Source: Lama glama
Taxonomy: Eukaryota
Length of the DNA stretch: 64,000 nt
Assembly (NCBI GenBank): GCA_028534125.1
Contig: CM052832.1
Coordinates: 11,038,001 to 11,102,000, forward strand
Direction: 5' to 3'
The notes under the pieces were generated by a model that worked only from the letters and a program-made list of their open reading frames with translations, did not search any database and had not been told where the DNA came from. Positions within the stretch are counted from its first letter, which is position 1; each line of letters begins with the position of its first letter. Shown here one piece after another: positions 12,683 to 25,999 of this stretch. Position numbers and translations under genes: made by a program.

Positions 12683-14374
12683 CACACAGTTCTATATAAA
12701 TTTCACTGAAGATAATACAGTCCAAATAAGCACATGCTAAGTGAGCAGCAGGTCACCGTAACCCCTGTTATCTTCTAATGAGTTACGTTGCTGGCATCAG
12801 AAGAAAGAAGGAAAAATTGGTCTTTACAGCCGAGCGGGCGTTCCCGCCCTGAGGAGCTCTGGTTCATGTATGATGCAGACACAGGCTGCACGTGAGGGAG
12901 GGCCCCAGACGGGCAGGGGGAATGCTGTGCTTAAATGTTCTTGTCCTGCCTCAAAACATAAACTTTATTCCATTGCTTGGTTTTGGTCTTTTACCACAGT
13001 CATATATCTTCTTTGGAGAAATGTCTAGTCAAGTATTTTGCCCAGTTTTGAATTGGGTTGTTTGTTTTTTGCTGATTCATTTTTACGATGACCACTTTAA
13101 ACTCTTTGTCAGGTACTTTTAACACCTCTGTCATGTTGGTATTACATCTATCAACTCTTTTTCCATTCAGTTTGAGAACTTCTTAGTTCTTGGTATAATA
13201 AATGGTTTTTCTTAATGGAACTTGGTCATTTGGGTTATTATGTTAGAAGACTCCGCATCTTAAACCTGTTCCAGCTGGCTTGCTCTGGTAGGGGAAGGGG
13301 AGTGCCACCTTGCTACTACCAGATGGAGGTGGAAGTCCAGGTTTTCCATTTGGCCTCCAGCAGTATCTGCGAGGGAGGGCTTCTTCTTACTGCTGGGAAG
13401 GGGTGGGAGTTCTGCACCCACCACCATGTAGCCCTGATTGGAGGGTTAGAAGTTCCTCCTTGAGTACTCCCTACACGACCTCCACTGACATGGGGGTGGA
13501 AGGCGGTCTCTTTACCACTAGGCAGTGGTGAAATCCGCAACTGTCCACTACACCTTCTCTGACACTAGCATGGCCCTGGGAGGGGATTTTGATGCCTCCT
13601 TACAGCCTGGCAAGTCTCCCTACTCAGCCTCTGCTACCCGGGGGGAGGGGGGGCAGTTTTTTTCTGTGGTGTTGGCTGCTGTAGAGCAGCTACTGTCTAT
13701 TTTAATTTTTGTTAGGCTGCCCCTTTCCTGGTTCTGCAGCCAGAGAAGGGATGCTATTATTGGGACTTCTTTTGTCTGCACCTGTTAGCTTTTTGGTTTC
13801 TGAAATAGTCAGCTTCAAATCTGGGATCTATGAGGCAAAAAGAAAACTCAACAAACTGACTCATTTGTGGTTTCTAGCTGTCTGCCTTCTCTAAACTTTT
13901 CAGAGTCTTCTTATGTTTGTTTTATGTTTCATGTTCAGGATTCTTGGTTGTACTTTGAGTATGGAATGGGCAAAAGTATATTTATTCCATCATCTACTCC
14001 ACCAGAAGTCTAAATTACTAGTTAATTTTAAAAATTGTTACGTATGTTCAGATTTTCAATTTTTTCTTTTGGTTGATTTCTTTAAATTATGTTTTTCTAG
14101 AACATTGTCTACTTTGTTTCCACACTTATTGGCATAAAATTGTTCACAGATTCTTTCATTTTAAAGCTCACTGATACATCTACAGTTACGTTTCTTTTCA
14201 TTCACCATTTATTCGGTCATTTGTTTCTCTCTCTCCTCCACCTCCCCTCCCAAAGCCCCACCCCCACCCTCCAATTTGTTTGACAAAGGTTTGTGATAGA
14301 TGTCTTTTCAGAAGGTCAGATTTAGGATTGGTGATGCTCTACTATATATTTTCTGTTTCATGAGTGACTTTGCT

Positions 14375-14789
14375 CTTGCTGCAGTACTACTGCATAAGAA
14401 ACCAAGACTCAGCATTTAAACAACAGGCATTTATTTCCTCCTAAAGGATATGTGGGTCAACTACATCAGCTGGGCTAGGCTGAATCCAGGCTCTGGGCTC
14501 CAAGTTGCGGGTTGTGTTCAGCTTACCCTCCTTGGACCAGCAGCTCTCTCAGGTGTGCTCTTCTCACTGGGAACGGCAGACATACCAGAAACCAGACTAA
14601 ATCACACAAACATATTTAAGTCCTCTGTGCCTATAAAATGTACTAACATTTCATGAATAAAGTAAGTTGATGGCGAGGCCCCTTCCCAATGAGGCAAGGA
14701 GGTGTGCTCCGCCTGATAGTACCCTCCCACAGTGGGTAATCCAGTTACAGGAGAGGGAAGAACTGAGACCAGTAATCCAATCTACCACA
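14375..14789. mobile_element. MaLR (MLT1-like) LTR
   Basis: ctcagcatttaaacaacaggcatttattt...ending aatctaccaca. Confidence 0.5.
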
Positions 14790-16166
14790 ATTAATTGCTG
14801 ATCTTTATCTTTTTTTTATTATTATCCTCTATTTAATTACTTTGAACTATATTCTTATTTCTTGAGTTGGATGATTAACTCATACATTGTTAGACTTCTT
14901 TGAGCATATAAGGATGTAAATTTCTCTGAAGGCACTGCTTTAGCTATACCATGTGAGTTTTGAAATGTAGATGTTCATTATTGTTCAGCTGAAATATTTT
15001 TAATGTCCCTTACAATATTTTCTTTGACCCAAAAACTACTTAACAGTGTAGTTTTTAAATTTCCAAATATATTTTTATATTATCTTTTTGTTACTGCTTT
15101 CTAACTTAATTGTACTGTAGTCAGATAATGTAATATGTATGATATTGATTCTTTTATTGTTTGTAGAAATCTGATGTGTAAACTAATATATAGCTAACTT
15201 TCATAAACATTCCATTTATGTTTGAGTAAAATTTATATTTCTTAATTTGAGGTATAGGGTTCAATATATGCTCATTATATCACAATTGTTATATCATTAA
15301 CAGCTTCTAAACATTTATTAATTTTTCATTTGCTTGCTTTGTCAAAACTAAAATATATGAAAAAAAACCCTTGTATTGATTTGACATATTTTATTATTGG
15401 TCTCTCAATTTTTGTATTGTATATTTTGAGGTTATGTTTTAGGAGTACAATGTTTAGAACATCATATCTTCCTTATGAATTGAAAATTTACCATTATGGA
15501 GTGACCCTCCTTAAAGCAAAAAGTATTTTTAGAGTCTTTGTCTCATTTTCAGTTAGCTATACCAGCTTTGTTTTGGCAGTATTTGCCTGGTGTTATGTTT
15601 TTCAGTTCTTTTGCATGTGACCTTTCTATTCTTTTATGTTTGAAGTATGTGTCTTATGAACAGCCTAGAACTAATTTTTTTAAAAGATCATCTAATTAGA
15701 CAATCTGATTTTTTAAATAATTTTAGGTCCCTCATTGTAGTTATTGAATATTTGAATATTTTATTTGTTTCTAAAATCTTTCTTTGTACTCCCAAATTTT
15801 ATCAACTGTGAGACACATTTCCCTCCAACATTTGAACATCTTTGAAATTAGAGTACTTCTGTAATTGATGTTGTTTGTAATTAGCAACTGTCTTCCACCT
15901 TAGTAGTGTGCAAAATTTAGCTGTATTTTACAAGGGATGTCATCTTACATTCTTATGAAATAAGACAGTTACTCTCTTTTTCTTAAGTTTCTTTCCTCTA
16001 CCCCCACATCCCTTTCCTATCTTTATTGACTTGATTAAGGTTTTTAAAATTTCCTTTTTTTTTAACTTATATTTGTTTGGAGGTTACACATTCTACATGT
16101 ACCATTTTAGTGATTACTCTTAAAATGATAATGCACGTACATGAAATAAATTCTAAAACTAATCAG

Positions 16167-16659
16167 TGTCTTAGGCTGGATTCTTCCAAAAGCTGCCCTT
16201 AGAACAAGAGCTTGAGTACAGGCATTTGGAAAATGAGGTCAGGAAGCACAAACAAGGGAAGGGGGAAGTGAGACAGGGGAAAAGAGAAAAGCCAACGTGG
16301 GGAATGGTCATGAGCAGGTCACTGTTGTGGGTCACAGGGCCTCAGATCCTCTGAACAACCAAGTGGAACTGGTTTCAGAATTGCTCCACCAAGAGATAAG
16401 AAGGTTGGGGCATTTATCTACTGTCTCTTCCATCGGTTGAAAGTTATCCCTGGAAGTGTTAACGCTCCTGCACTCCCAGATGACGCCTGCTTAAGTCAGA
16501 GAAAGTTCTGTGGTGCAGGAGAAAGACATCAGGCGTAGAAGAGAGACATATGTGCTTGATCAACACCTGGCAGCCTGTTAAACTGTCTACCACATCTGTA
16601 AGGGAACTTAGGTGGGCAGGGAGAATATGGGTTGGGTACCATCAACAGTGTCTACTACA
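16167..16659. mobile_element. ERVL LTR16-like solo LTR inserted in the old L1
   Basis: TG...CA ends; 5-bp flanks atcag/atcaa; start tgtcttaggctggattcttccaaaagc...gagcttgagtacagg resembles the recalled LTR16 consensus. Confidence 0.6.
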
Positions 16660-17306
16660 ATCAATATTCCTCAACCCCTCCTGCTCTTCGCTAAACCCTG
16701 AACTTGTTCATTCCCATCACTTATCCTACTTTGCATGCTCATCAGTATATAGCTTATGTATATAGTTTTTGTATTCCCCCCAAATACTTATTTTTTATTA
16801 TTTTAAACAAGCAATGATCACTTAGATTTACCTGTATGTTTACCAGCTTCCTTGCTTGCCATTCCTTCTTAATCCTCACTTCTTTCTTTTTGAATTAGTT
16901 TCTTTCTTCCTTTAGGGTAAGTTTTTTTTCACCATCTGAATTTTTTTGGTTCATAGGTTTTAAATTATGAGTTTGGATATTGAGATTGAAAAGTACACCA
17001 CATTATGCAAATCTATTTCATTCCTGAGTTTCAGATAGCAAAAAGCAGGAGTTTTCATAGAGAAGGATCTATGCAGTTCAGCGGTTTTTCCAGTAGTTTT
17101 TTTCAACCTGTAAATGAATTTAGTCTTTGTCTTTCTGAAAATGACTTTTGTTTTCCCCATTCCTGAATGATTGCTTGACTGAGTATAAAATTGTAGATTC
17201 ATTATTTCCTCTCAGTGTTTCAAAGATAGTATTTGTGTCATTGATTAAAAAGTCTGCTATTTGTCTGTTTATCATTCTGTTTTGGTACTATGTCATTTTT
17301 CTGTTC

Positions 17307-17689
17307 TTTTTTTTTAACATAAGATTTTATTATCTTCATAACAGAGCAAAAGATGAAGCTTATGGTTGGATTTCTTGGCCCTTTCTCTTCTTAAATCCTC
17401 CCAGCTCAAACTGTTTGCATCTCTTAATAGCCAGAATTCTGTTAGATTTGCAGCCTTGGTACAATCTCTTTTGTAGTTTTAGCTTTTTCCTGGAAAATCA
17501 GCTTAGTCTGCCCACCGCAGCCACTCTGCTTCCTATCAAAATGCCACTTTCTCTGGGCATGTGGATAATCCCTGCCCTTCTTGTACTGTGCTACTTTGTG
17601 GGGTTGGTGCTTGCCACACATCTTACAGGAAGCCCTGCAGGTTTTAGGAACGTTCACCAAGTTTGTAGGAGCACAATTGGCACAAAAAG
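17307..17689 (-). pseudogene. RPL36A: Processed pseudogene of ribosomal protein L36a (RPL36A/RPL36AL, eL42)
   Basis: Minus-strand translation [28 protein letters not shown]...[19 protein letters not shown], then in a shifted frame [24 protein letters not shown] (TAA 17360-17362). Intronless; start codon is TTG (17658-17660); CDS span is 301 nt vs 321 for a 106-aa protein (20-nt deletion); AATAAA at 17326-17331; A9 tail at 17307-17315; pyrimidine-rich 5' end. Confidence 0.95.
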
Positions 17690-17858
17690 CCGTGGTGGTT
17701 TTTAGACGTTCTCTCTGTCTTTGTTGTTCTTCTGCACTTCAGTGTGTCTCAGACTGCATCTATTTTTATTTATGCCGTTCAGGATTGTTGTAATCATAAA
17801 GCCAGTCAAAGACAATAGATAAGCATTCTGCCTGGATTCTGCCAAAACCTTGTGGTCC

Positions 17859-19330
17859 TGTTACCAGGAAAAGGAAAATAAGAATTACCTTGGTTCTTTG
17901 CCACCCGAAAGAAAAGATTTTTGACGAGACAGGAAAAAGCCTGATAAGTAAAATTTTATTAGTGAAATAAACAAAATAGTGGAAGATAGTACATTCCCAA
18001 GAATTGGCAGCGGGCCAATCCAAGAGAGGTAAAATGACGCCGCTCTCTCCCTCCTGTTTTTATATCCTGGTTTCGTAATTGATTGATTAACTGATTGATT
18101 CCCTAAGCTCTGGTCAATTGACAGCTCAGGTTCCCTGTGCTCTAGTTAACTGACAGCGCAGGTTCCTTGTGTTCTGGATTGTTCCCTTCCCCTTCCTGAA
18201 CCCCTGCCCAGTGTTCATTTCTATCTAAACTACAACAGCCCAAAGACAGGGGAAAAAAAATAGAGTTCAGCCAGACAGTAATGAGGTGAGTGAACAAAAT
18301 CAGCTGCAATCTGGTTGTAGGTTAAAGACTTCAGATGATCAGATCAGGTCATCAGAACGGAAAGAGGTTACAAAAAGCGTCGTGTGATTATATAATTAGA
18401 AGAGGAGGTACCAACTCTGCCTGAAGGGTATAGACTTGGGCTCTCCCATCATTTCGAGATTACTAAAACTGGACTTAGTATGTCAATCTGTGATGTAGGA
18501 AGAACCACATTGGATGTAGGCAGCTGCAGGTCTGGCATCCCTGTACCAAATGTGTCTGTTTAGTAAGCAACTCCAGTTGCCTCAGGTGACAATTATTGTT
18601 GTCATGAATTGTTGGCTCAGGAATCTAAAATTATAGTAAAGCTTAGTGGGTTGTGTCTTTTAACCCCAGAAATGTGAAATTATGAGGTATATCAAACCCA
18701 TGGCAGTAATCATTTTGTGTTACAATCAAGATAATCACTGTGTTTGGCATTTAAAATTCTTGTAAAATATACTTTAATATACCAAATTCAATTATATGAC
18801 AAGTTGGCCTGTGATTCCAAATTAAATGCTTGATTCAAAATTGAATGGTATAAAAAGAAGTGACTTAGTTTATAAGCAGTGATAGAGTGGTTAAGAGAAC
18901 TTACATTAAAAAGTCGCTTAATAACGTGGGAAGGGTTAGTTTATTGAGTCATAAGTTTGTTGAGTTTAGACATTCCAAGGTCTTAAAGAAAATTGAATAT
19001 ATTAAATGTATAAATATTATTTGAAATATTTAAAGGTAATGAGTCCAATTCAAGTTTACTTAAGGGAATTTGATTTTGTTTAACATTAAGTAATCAGTCC
19101 AATTTATATTAAAGTTTCCCTGAAAATTATTTTGATTTAATATAAAATTTAAAGGATTTAAAATAATACAATAATATTTATAAGATGAATTTAGGGGCTT
19201 AAGAAAATTAGGCATTTAAGTCTATAATTTCAATAAATAAAATTTGAAAAATCAAACCCAAATAAGTGAATATAAACTATACAAAAGTTGCCCTTGAATA
19301 TCAAAAATATCACATAGGAAGTGAATCTAA
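17859..19330 (-). mobile_element. Probable ERV LTR (~17859-18234) plus AT-rich ERV-internal-like sequence
   Basis: Begins tgttacc; tttatt signal at ~17955; short tandem cagct/ggttcc units; then a very AT-rich tract unlike the flanking L1; family not identified. Confidence 0.4.
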
Positions 19331-21049
19331 GGATTCATGTTCCTTATCAGTGTGACCTCATGCTTATTCTCTCTAGTATCACTTTCTGAAATTCCTATTG
19401 GGTATAAATTGGACCTTTTTACTCTTTCATGCCTCTCATTTTTTTTCTTTATCCAGAATGTATCACAGAGGTATAACTTTGTAAGTTATCTCTTCCAATA
19501 TAGAATTTTGTTTTCATCTGGATCCAATATATGGTTTAATCTATCCATTTGGGAGTATTTCTTCAGTTCAGTGACTTTATTTCTAATTTAATGTCAGCAT
19601 CTAACCTTGTTCCTCAGAGTAAAACTGCTTCGAACTATTCTCAAAGTTCTTCCAACTCCCAGTAACACACACAAGCATGCATGTGCTCTGCTGTCTTTGC
19701 TGGAGGTTGGCTGGAGGCCCGGGATTGCACTGCTTCACATTCCACAAGCCAAGATATCTGCACCAAGTCACTCCTCTGCCTCCAGACAGAGGACCTGATT
19801 GCCCAGATAGCATCAGAGGATGAACAATTCAACCCTCATGGGTTAGCTATCCATGGAGTGGGATTTGAGCAGTAGGAAATGGGAAACAGGAGGGAGCTGG
19901 GCAGATAAATTCTCCTTCCCTTTTCCCTTCCAGTTAGAGGTGGTGTTTCCAATTAGAGCTGGCCTGTGACTTACATAATTCAGAATCCCAGCAAGGGAAC
20001 AGATGGCCCACTGAAATTAGGATTACTTGGGGAGGTTTTGTATATACTGGGGCTATTGATAAAGGTGTGGGTAGACTGTACTGCACAGAAATCATGAAGA
20101 ATAGGAGTACAAGATTAGGATCAGTCAAGCTGTTATCATCTCTATTTCTGAACTGGTAAGGACAGGGTCAGGTAGAGCAGACTGCCTTGAGAACAGTGAC
20201 CTTCACAGAGGTACAGCCAGCCAGATATGACTTTGTAGAAAAAGAGGCAGGAGGGGAGAAAGAAAAAACCCAAACTCCTGAGCTTATTCTCTTCTTACAT
20301 TTTAATCTCCTGCCATGGATCATACTGGCTGAACCCATCAGAATGCCAAGGCCAAGAAAGCCACTGATGTAGCCACACAGGCCAGCCTGCTGAAACAGAG
20401 AGCAGATGGAAAAAAAGAAGGGCAGAGAGTTAATGAATTAGGATAAATAGGAGATAACAAGCATGTGCACTTTTGCCCATCCTTCTGTCTCTTTCCTTCT
20501 CTTTTGGTACATGGATGTGATGGCTGGAGCAGTCCTGGCCATTTTGCAACCTTGAGGCAACCTTGAAGATGGAAGCAACTTTCTAAGGATGGTAGAGCAG
20601 AAATATAGAAGAAGCCTTCTGACTACATAGTGAAGTAGCTCCGTCAGCCCTTAAATGCTTGCCCAGACTTCTTTTATATGAGAAAAATACACATTTTAAG
20701 TCCTCTTTTTCAGATTTCTTATATTTTTAGCTGTATGAGGTCTCACTGATGTACATTCCCACTATCTGAATTTATGTCTTCATTTCCCACCCCTGTCCCC
20801 CCTCCACCAGACTATTGTCATTTCTTCCTAGTTGGCAGATTGCCTTTTGTTCTTCCCACTTCAGTCTCTGAGAAACATCATTCTGGCAATAAGGCAAACA
20901 GTTCATACATCGGGGGTCCCCAACAGTGGTTCTTTATCAGGGAAGGAACTTGGTGTCTAAGGGTCAGGGGTTAGAGGAGACTCATTTTTCACTGTATTCT
21001 GTTTTACGGTTTGGATCTTGTATTGTATATACACATTACCTAAGATAAT

Positions 21050-23765
21050 TAAAAACAAGTTCTCTGAAAAAATTAGAAGGCTAATTAAAAATACTCCATC
21101 ATGTCACCGTCCTCCACAGGATTTTCAGAAGGGCATTTGGAGTCCGGCTTCTCCACATAGACTTCTCCTGGTGGTCATATCTTACCAATGTGAAGATGAG
21201 CACCTTTCACACTGTAATACCTCTGAAGCTGACTGATTCTTGCAATTGCTCTTATCCATGTGGCAGCTGTGATGTGGTTGTCATTGCCTGCCTGCACAAG
21301 CTTAGATGTTAGCCCACATTAAAATCGTCCTTGAATGGTTTGTTGACTTAAATGTAGAGGATTTGCAGTTGACCAACATGCCACAAAAAATATGAGTCCT
21401 GGGTGGTTCTCTGAAAAACCTTTATTTGGCATCGTTTAGTAAGATCAGTTAAGTGCCAGCATCAAAACATATATAGGATGAGCATCAGCAGCTTGGAAGA
21501 AAATCCCAGAGACAACATTGGAGCTCTCTTAAGAATATTACCAAAGATCCTCATTCCCCAGAGGATGATAGAGTGTGGGAAAACTGACATCAATTTTCCT
21601 TGAAAATAATTCCGAAGACTTGGATTCTGTGGGAACAACTTAGGGATTCCTTAACCAGTTTTTAAAAATTTAAGTCAGATTTGTCAAGATATAACTGACA
21701 TATCATAAAATGCACCCTTTTTAGGTATACAGTTCTGTGAACTGATAAAAATTTTTAATGTCATGTATCCACCACTGAAATCAAGAGATAAATATTTTTT
21801 TAAGTTTCCTCATGCCCCTTTGTATTTGATCCCCAACGCACACTCCTAGCCTTTGGTAACCACTGGTCTGTTATCTGTGTCTTTCATTTTCTCTTTTCTA
21901 TTATGGCTTCTTTCACTTGGCACCATGTTTTTGCATTGATCAGCAGTTCATTTCTTTTTATTGTTGAGTAATGTTCCATTGTGTGAACATGGCTATACCA
22001 TGGTTTGTTTATCCATTCACAGTAGAAGAACATTTGGATTGTGAATAAAACTGTACATAGTTAGGAATAGGTTTTTGTATGGTTATACAGTTTTATTTCT
22101 CATGGATAAATACTTAGAAGTAGGATTGCTGGGTCATTTAGGTCTATATTTCACTTTATAACAAACTGCTGAACTGTCTTCCAGAGTGTCTGCACCATTC
22201 TACATGCCCATCATCAATGAATGAAAGTTCATTTTACAATCTTACCAGAGCCTGATATGATCAGCTTTTTAAAAGTATAGTCATTCTAATAGTTTGTAGA
22301 AGTATCTCATTGTGGTTTTAACTTGCATTTTCCCAATGATGTTGGGCATCTTTTTGTGGCCTTATTTGCTATTTATGTATCTCCTTTGATGAAATGTCTG
22401 TTCAAATCATTTTTAGTTTGGTTATATTCTTACTCAGTTATGAGAGTTCTTTACATATTCTAGGTATTCTTTATCAGATATGTTTTGCAAATATTATCAC
22501 AAGTCTGTGGCCTGTCTTTTCATTTTCTTGACTGTGTCTTTCCAAGAGCAGAATTTTTAATTTTCATGAAGTCCCACTTCCATTTTGAAGTAATTTTTTT
22601 TCCTTTTATGGCTCATGCTTTTTGCATCCTAAGACATCTTTGCCAAACTCAAAATAACAAAGATTTTTTCCTATTTTCCTGTAGAAGTTTTATAGGCTTT
22701 AGGTTTTTATAATTAGCTCTATAATCATTTTAAGTTAACTTCTGTATATGGTGCAAGATATAGGTTAATGTCCAATTGTTCCAGTACCATTTGAAAAACT
22801 CTATTTAATTGCCTTTCAAGCTCTATTGAAAATCAATTGAACATATACTTGTGAGTCTACTTGTCTACTTTCTGTTCCGTTCCACTGATCTATTTGTCTA
22901 TCCTTTGGTCAGTTCTACACTATCTTGATGGCTGTAGCTTTATAGTAAATCTTTAAATCAAATAGTGTAAGTCCTCCAATTTTATTCTTGTTTATCAAAA
23001 TTGTTTTGGTTATTCTTGTCACTTTGGTCTTCTTTATATATTTTAGAATCAGCTTTTCCATTTCAACAATAACAACAACAAAAATGCCCAGAAAACTTTG
23101 GGATTAGGAGATTGTGTTGAAGGTATAGATCAATTTGAGGAGAAATGATATCCTAATAATACTGAGTCTCAATACATGAAAAAAGTATTTCCATTTATTT
23201 AGGTCTTCTTTCCTTTCTCTAAGCAATTTTTATAGTTTTAAGCATAAATTTTGTATCTTTTATCTCTGAATATTTCATGGATTTTCTTGGTGGTATTATA
23301 AGTTGCATTTCTTTTTAAATTTCATGGTTCATTGGTAGAATATGAAAATAAAATTGATTTTTGCATATTCATCTTGTATCCTCCAAACAGAATATATACA
23401 CTACTTTTATTTTAGATTCTTTGGGATTTTCTATACAGAGAATCATCTTGTCTGCAGATAGAAACAGTTTTACTTCTTCCTTTACAATTGTTACCCCTTT
23501 TCTTTTTTTCTTGCCTTATTGCACTGTCTGGATACTTCAGTGTAATGTTGAATAGGAATAGTTCTTTTTCTTCCTATGTATACACACGGTTGACATATGA
23601 TAAATCTAAGTATAAAAGAACTCTTTCAATAAATACACAGTAAAAAATCAACATAGTAAGAGAGCATTTTGTCATGGTTTAATAGGCATCTTTTTTCTTT
23701 TGCAGTGGCACCTAAAATAATGGTGTATATTATCAAAGATGGTGTTAGATACAATGAAATTTTGC
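21050..23765. mobile_element. TcMar-Tc2 (Kanga-like) remnant split by the 21660-23560 L1
   Basis: 23600-23765 (aaaagaactctttcaataa...taaaataatggtgta...agatacaatgaaat) resembles the recalled Kanga end; weaker similarity at 21050-21655. Confidence 0.4.
21660..23560 (-). mobile_element. LINE-1 (L1MB/MC-like) 3' part, antisense
   Basis: Continuous L1 3'UTR/ORF2 antisense motifs (gtatctcattgtggttttaacttgcattt, tttgcaaatatt, ttgtttttggttatt-like, cagtgtaatgttgaatagg). Confidence 0.85.
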
Positions 23766-24340
23766 AATAATTGGGGGAGCCACATTGCATATTTCTAGAC
23801 TATGATGTGAATAATGCCCTGGAGTTGCACAATGTGGAGACCCTGATTTAAGGTTACATGTGCCTGGGGCTTCATAGTTGATACTGTTACCACTGGTATC
23901 ATTTCATTTAACTGAGCACAGGGTGTTCAGCTTAAGCCTGAGTCAGTTGTGCTACTTGAGATCTTATAAGTCTAGAGGTTGATGAGCCAGAGACATCTAT
24001 TAGAGGCTGACCACGATATATTTGATCAAAAACTGAAGGATCTGATACTTTTTTAACCTTATTTGCAAGCTGACAAGTTAGCCTGATACAGTTAGATGGT
24101 TGCTCCCAGAAGACACAGAATGCCTGGGTAGAAACAAGGGACTTTATTACTCATAGCACAGCAGGCAGCATAAGCTTCACACTTGCATTGGTTCTCTTTG
24201 CCCACCAGGTGCCACAGGGCTGAGCCTAGGGGGATGCTGAGCACGTAACAGATTTGTGTCACACCCAAGAAGCCCCAAACTTAAGAAACCCCAGTTTTTA
24301 AAGAGGCTGCAAGTGAATGTATCTAACCTTTGCCCCAGAG

Positions 24341-24840
24341 NNNNNNNNNNNNNNNNNNNNNNNNNNNNNNNNNNNNNNNNNNNNNNNNNNNNNNNNNNNN
24401 NNNNNNNNNNNNNNNNNNNNNNNNNNNNNNNNNNNNNNNNNNNNNNNNNNNNNNNNNNNNNNNNNNNNNNNNNNNNNNNNNNNNNNNNNNNNNNNNNNNN
24501 NNNNNNNNNNNNNNNNNNNNNNNNNNNNNNNNNNNNNNNNNNNNNNNNNNNNNNNNNNNNNNNNNNNNNNNNNNNNNNNNNNNNNNNNNNNNNNNNNNNN
24601 NNNNNNNNNNNNNNNNNNNNNNNNNNNNNNNNNNNNNNNNNNNNNNNNNNNNNNNNNNNNNNNNNNNNNNNNNNNNNNNNNNNNNNNNNNNNNNNNNNNN
24701 NNNNNNNNNNNNNNNNNNNNNNNNNNNNNNNNNNNNNNNNNNNNNNNNNNNNNNNNNNNNNNNNNNNNNNNNNNNNNNNNNNNNNNNNNNNNNNNNNNNN
24801 NNNNNNNNNNNNNNNNNNNNNNNNNNNNNNNNNNNNNNNN
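24341..24840. other. Assembly gap (500 N)
   Basis: Run of exactly 500 N; the round size suggests a placeholder. Confidence 1.
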
Positions 24841-25542
24841 CTTTCACTCCACTGCCAGCAAATGATCTCGCCTCCTGGCACAAGGAGGAAACAGGCCAAC
24901 CAGCCGGAATGCCGTTAGCATGTTTCCCTGGCACCTGCAAGTGTTTCTGAATCTGAACATTTCTTCTTCTTTCCTTCTGGACTTTCCCCCTCCGCCTTCT
25001 GAGAAACTCAGCTTTTCCTGTTTCTTTGCCTCCTTTCTTTTTACTCATTCTATCCATTCACCTTTCCTTTTTTGGGTCGAGTGCTTCCCAAAGTGAGACA
25101 ATCATAACCTTCTCCAAGCCCACCTCCACACATCTCTGCCTCTCTTCCTCCCTTCTCTGCCAGCTTTCTTAGGGGGAAGAATGTGCGACCACAAAGACTT
25201 CAGCTGGGGGCATGCTGAAATGAGGGTCCATGAAACATTCCAGAGGTTCCATCCAATAGGCAGGTTTGCCTCGGAGGAGGGCTCACCGCGGATGCCTGGG
25301 TGGGATATGTCGATCAGGGAATCCCTGGCATCTGCTGTGAGGGAAGGCAGTGGAGCTGGTGGCTCCCACAGCAAGTGTGAGGCCTGAGAACAGAAGATGG
25401 CTAAGGTGGTGCCTTGGGGAATGTGGATGCTTAAGGGGGAAGCGGCACAAAAAAAAAAAAAAAAAGGCATCTTTAAATGAGGCTGTGACAGGAAAATTAG
25501 TGGTAAGAGGAAAATAGGACAGAAGGTGGTTCCAGAAGCCAA

Positions 25543-25999
25543 TGTTGCCAAATACAGATTCATGTGCCTAATGTACCATGAGGCCAAACAAACAAACGTC
25601 AGAGTTTGGAGCAGAGAAAGGTTTATTGCAGGGCCAAGAAAGGAGGATGGGGTGGCTCATGCCCAGGAAAGCCCCGAACTCCCCGAAGGGTTTCAGCAAA
25701 GCATATTTAAAGGCCAGGTAAGGGAGGGCGTGTTGCAGGTACAGGATCAGCTGTGTACAATTCTCTGATTGATGCAGAGGTAACAGGGCAGTCAACACTA
25801 TCAATCCCAAGGCGCCAGGAGGTCTGGGGGCCATGTGCTCACGATCATCAAGTAGTTTATTTCTTCCCTTTGGTAGTTTTTAGCATCTGAAAAACTCAGG
25901 AAATATACATGATATACTATCATCAGGGAGGAGCTACAGCAGAGGATATGGGGGAGGGGTCTGTCCCTGGAAGGCCTTACAGGGTCCTGCTCGATTACA
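25543..25999 (-). mobile_element. Solo LTR, ERV1-like, 457 bp
   Basis: TG...CA termini (tgttgcc...gattaca); 4-bp flanks ccaa/ccag (near-TSD); tttatt (minus-strand AATAAA) near the left end; ctgattg CCAAT-like and tatttaa TATA-like motifs. Confidence 0.75.

Larger units (their letters stand above)
12960..19600 (-). mobile_element. Ancient fragmented LINE-1 (L1M-type) with nested insertions: MaLR LTR, LTR16-like LTR, RPL36A pseudogene and an ERV-like segment
   Basis: Long T-rich + strand with degenerate antisense L1 motifs (ctttggagaaatgtcta, tttctaacttaattgtactgtagtcagataat, gtatttgcctgg). Confidence 0.65.

Noticed and set aside
17148..17705. 185-aa hydrophobic + strand ORF
   Set aside because: It is the antisense reading of the RPL36A pseudogene plus T-rich L1, with a non-ATG start and no recognisable domain
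24177..25057. Long ORFs (182-244 aa) across 24.2-25.0 kb
   Set aside because: Artefacts of translating the 500-N gap as X
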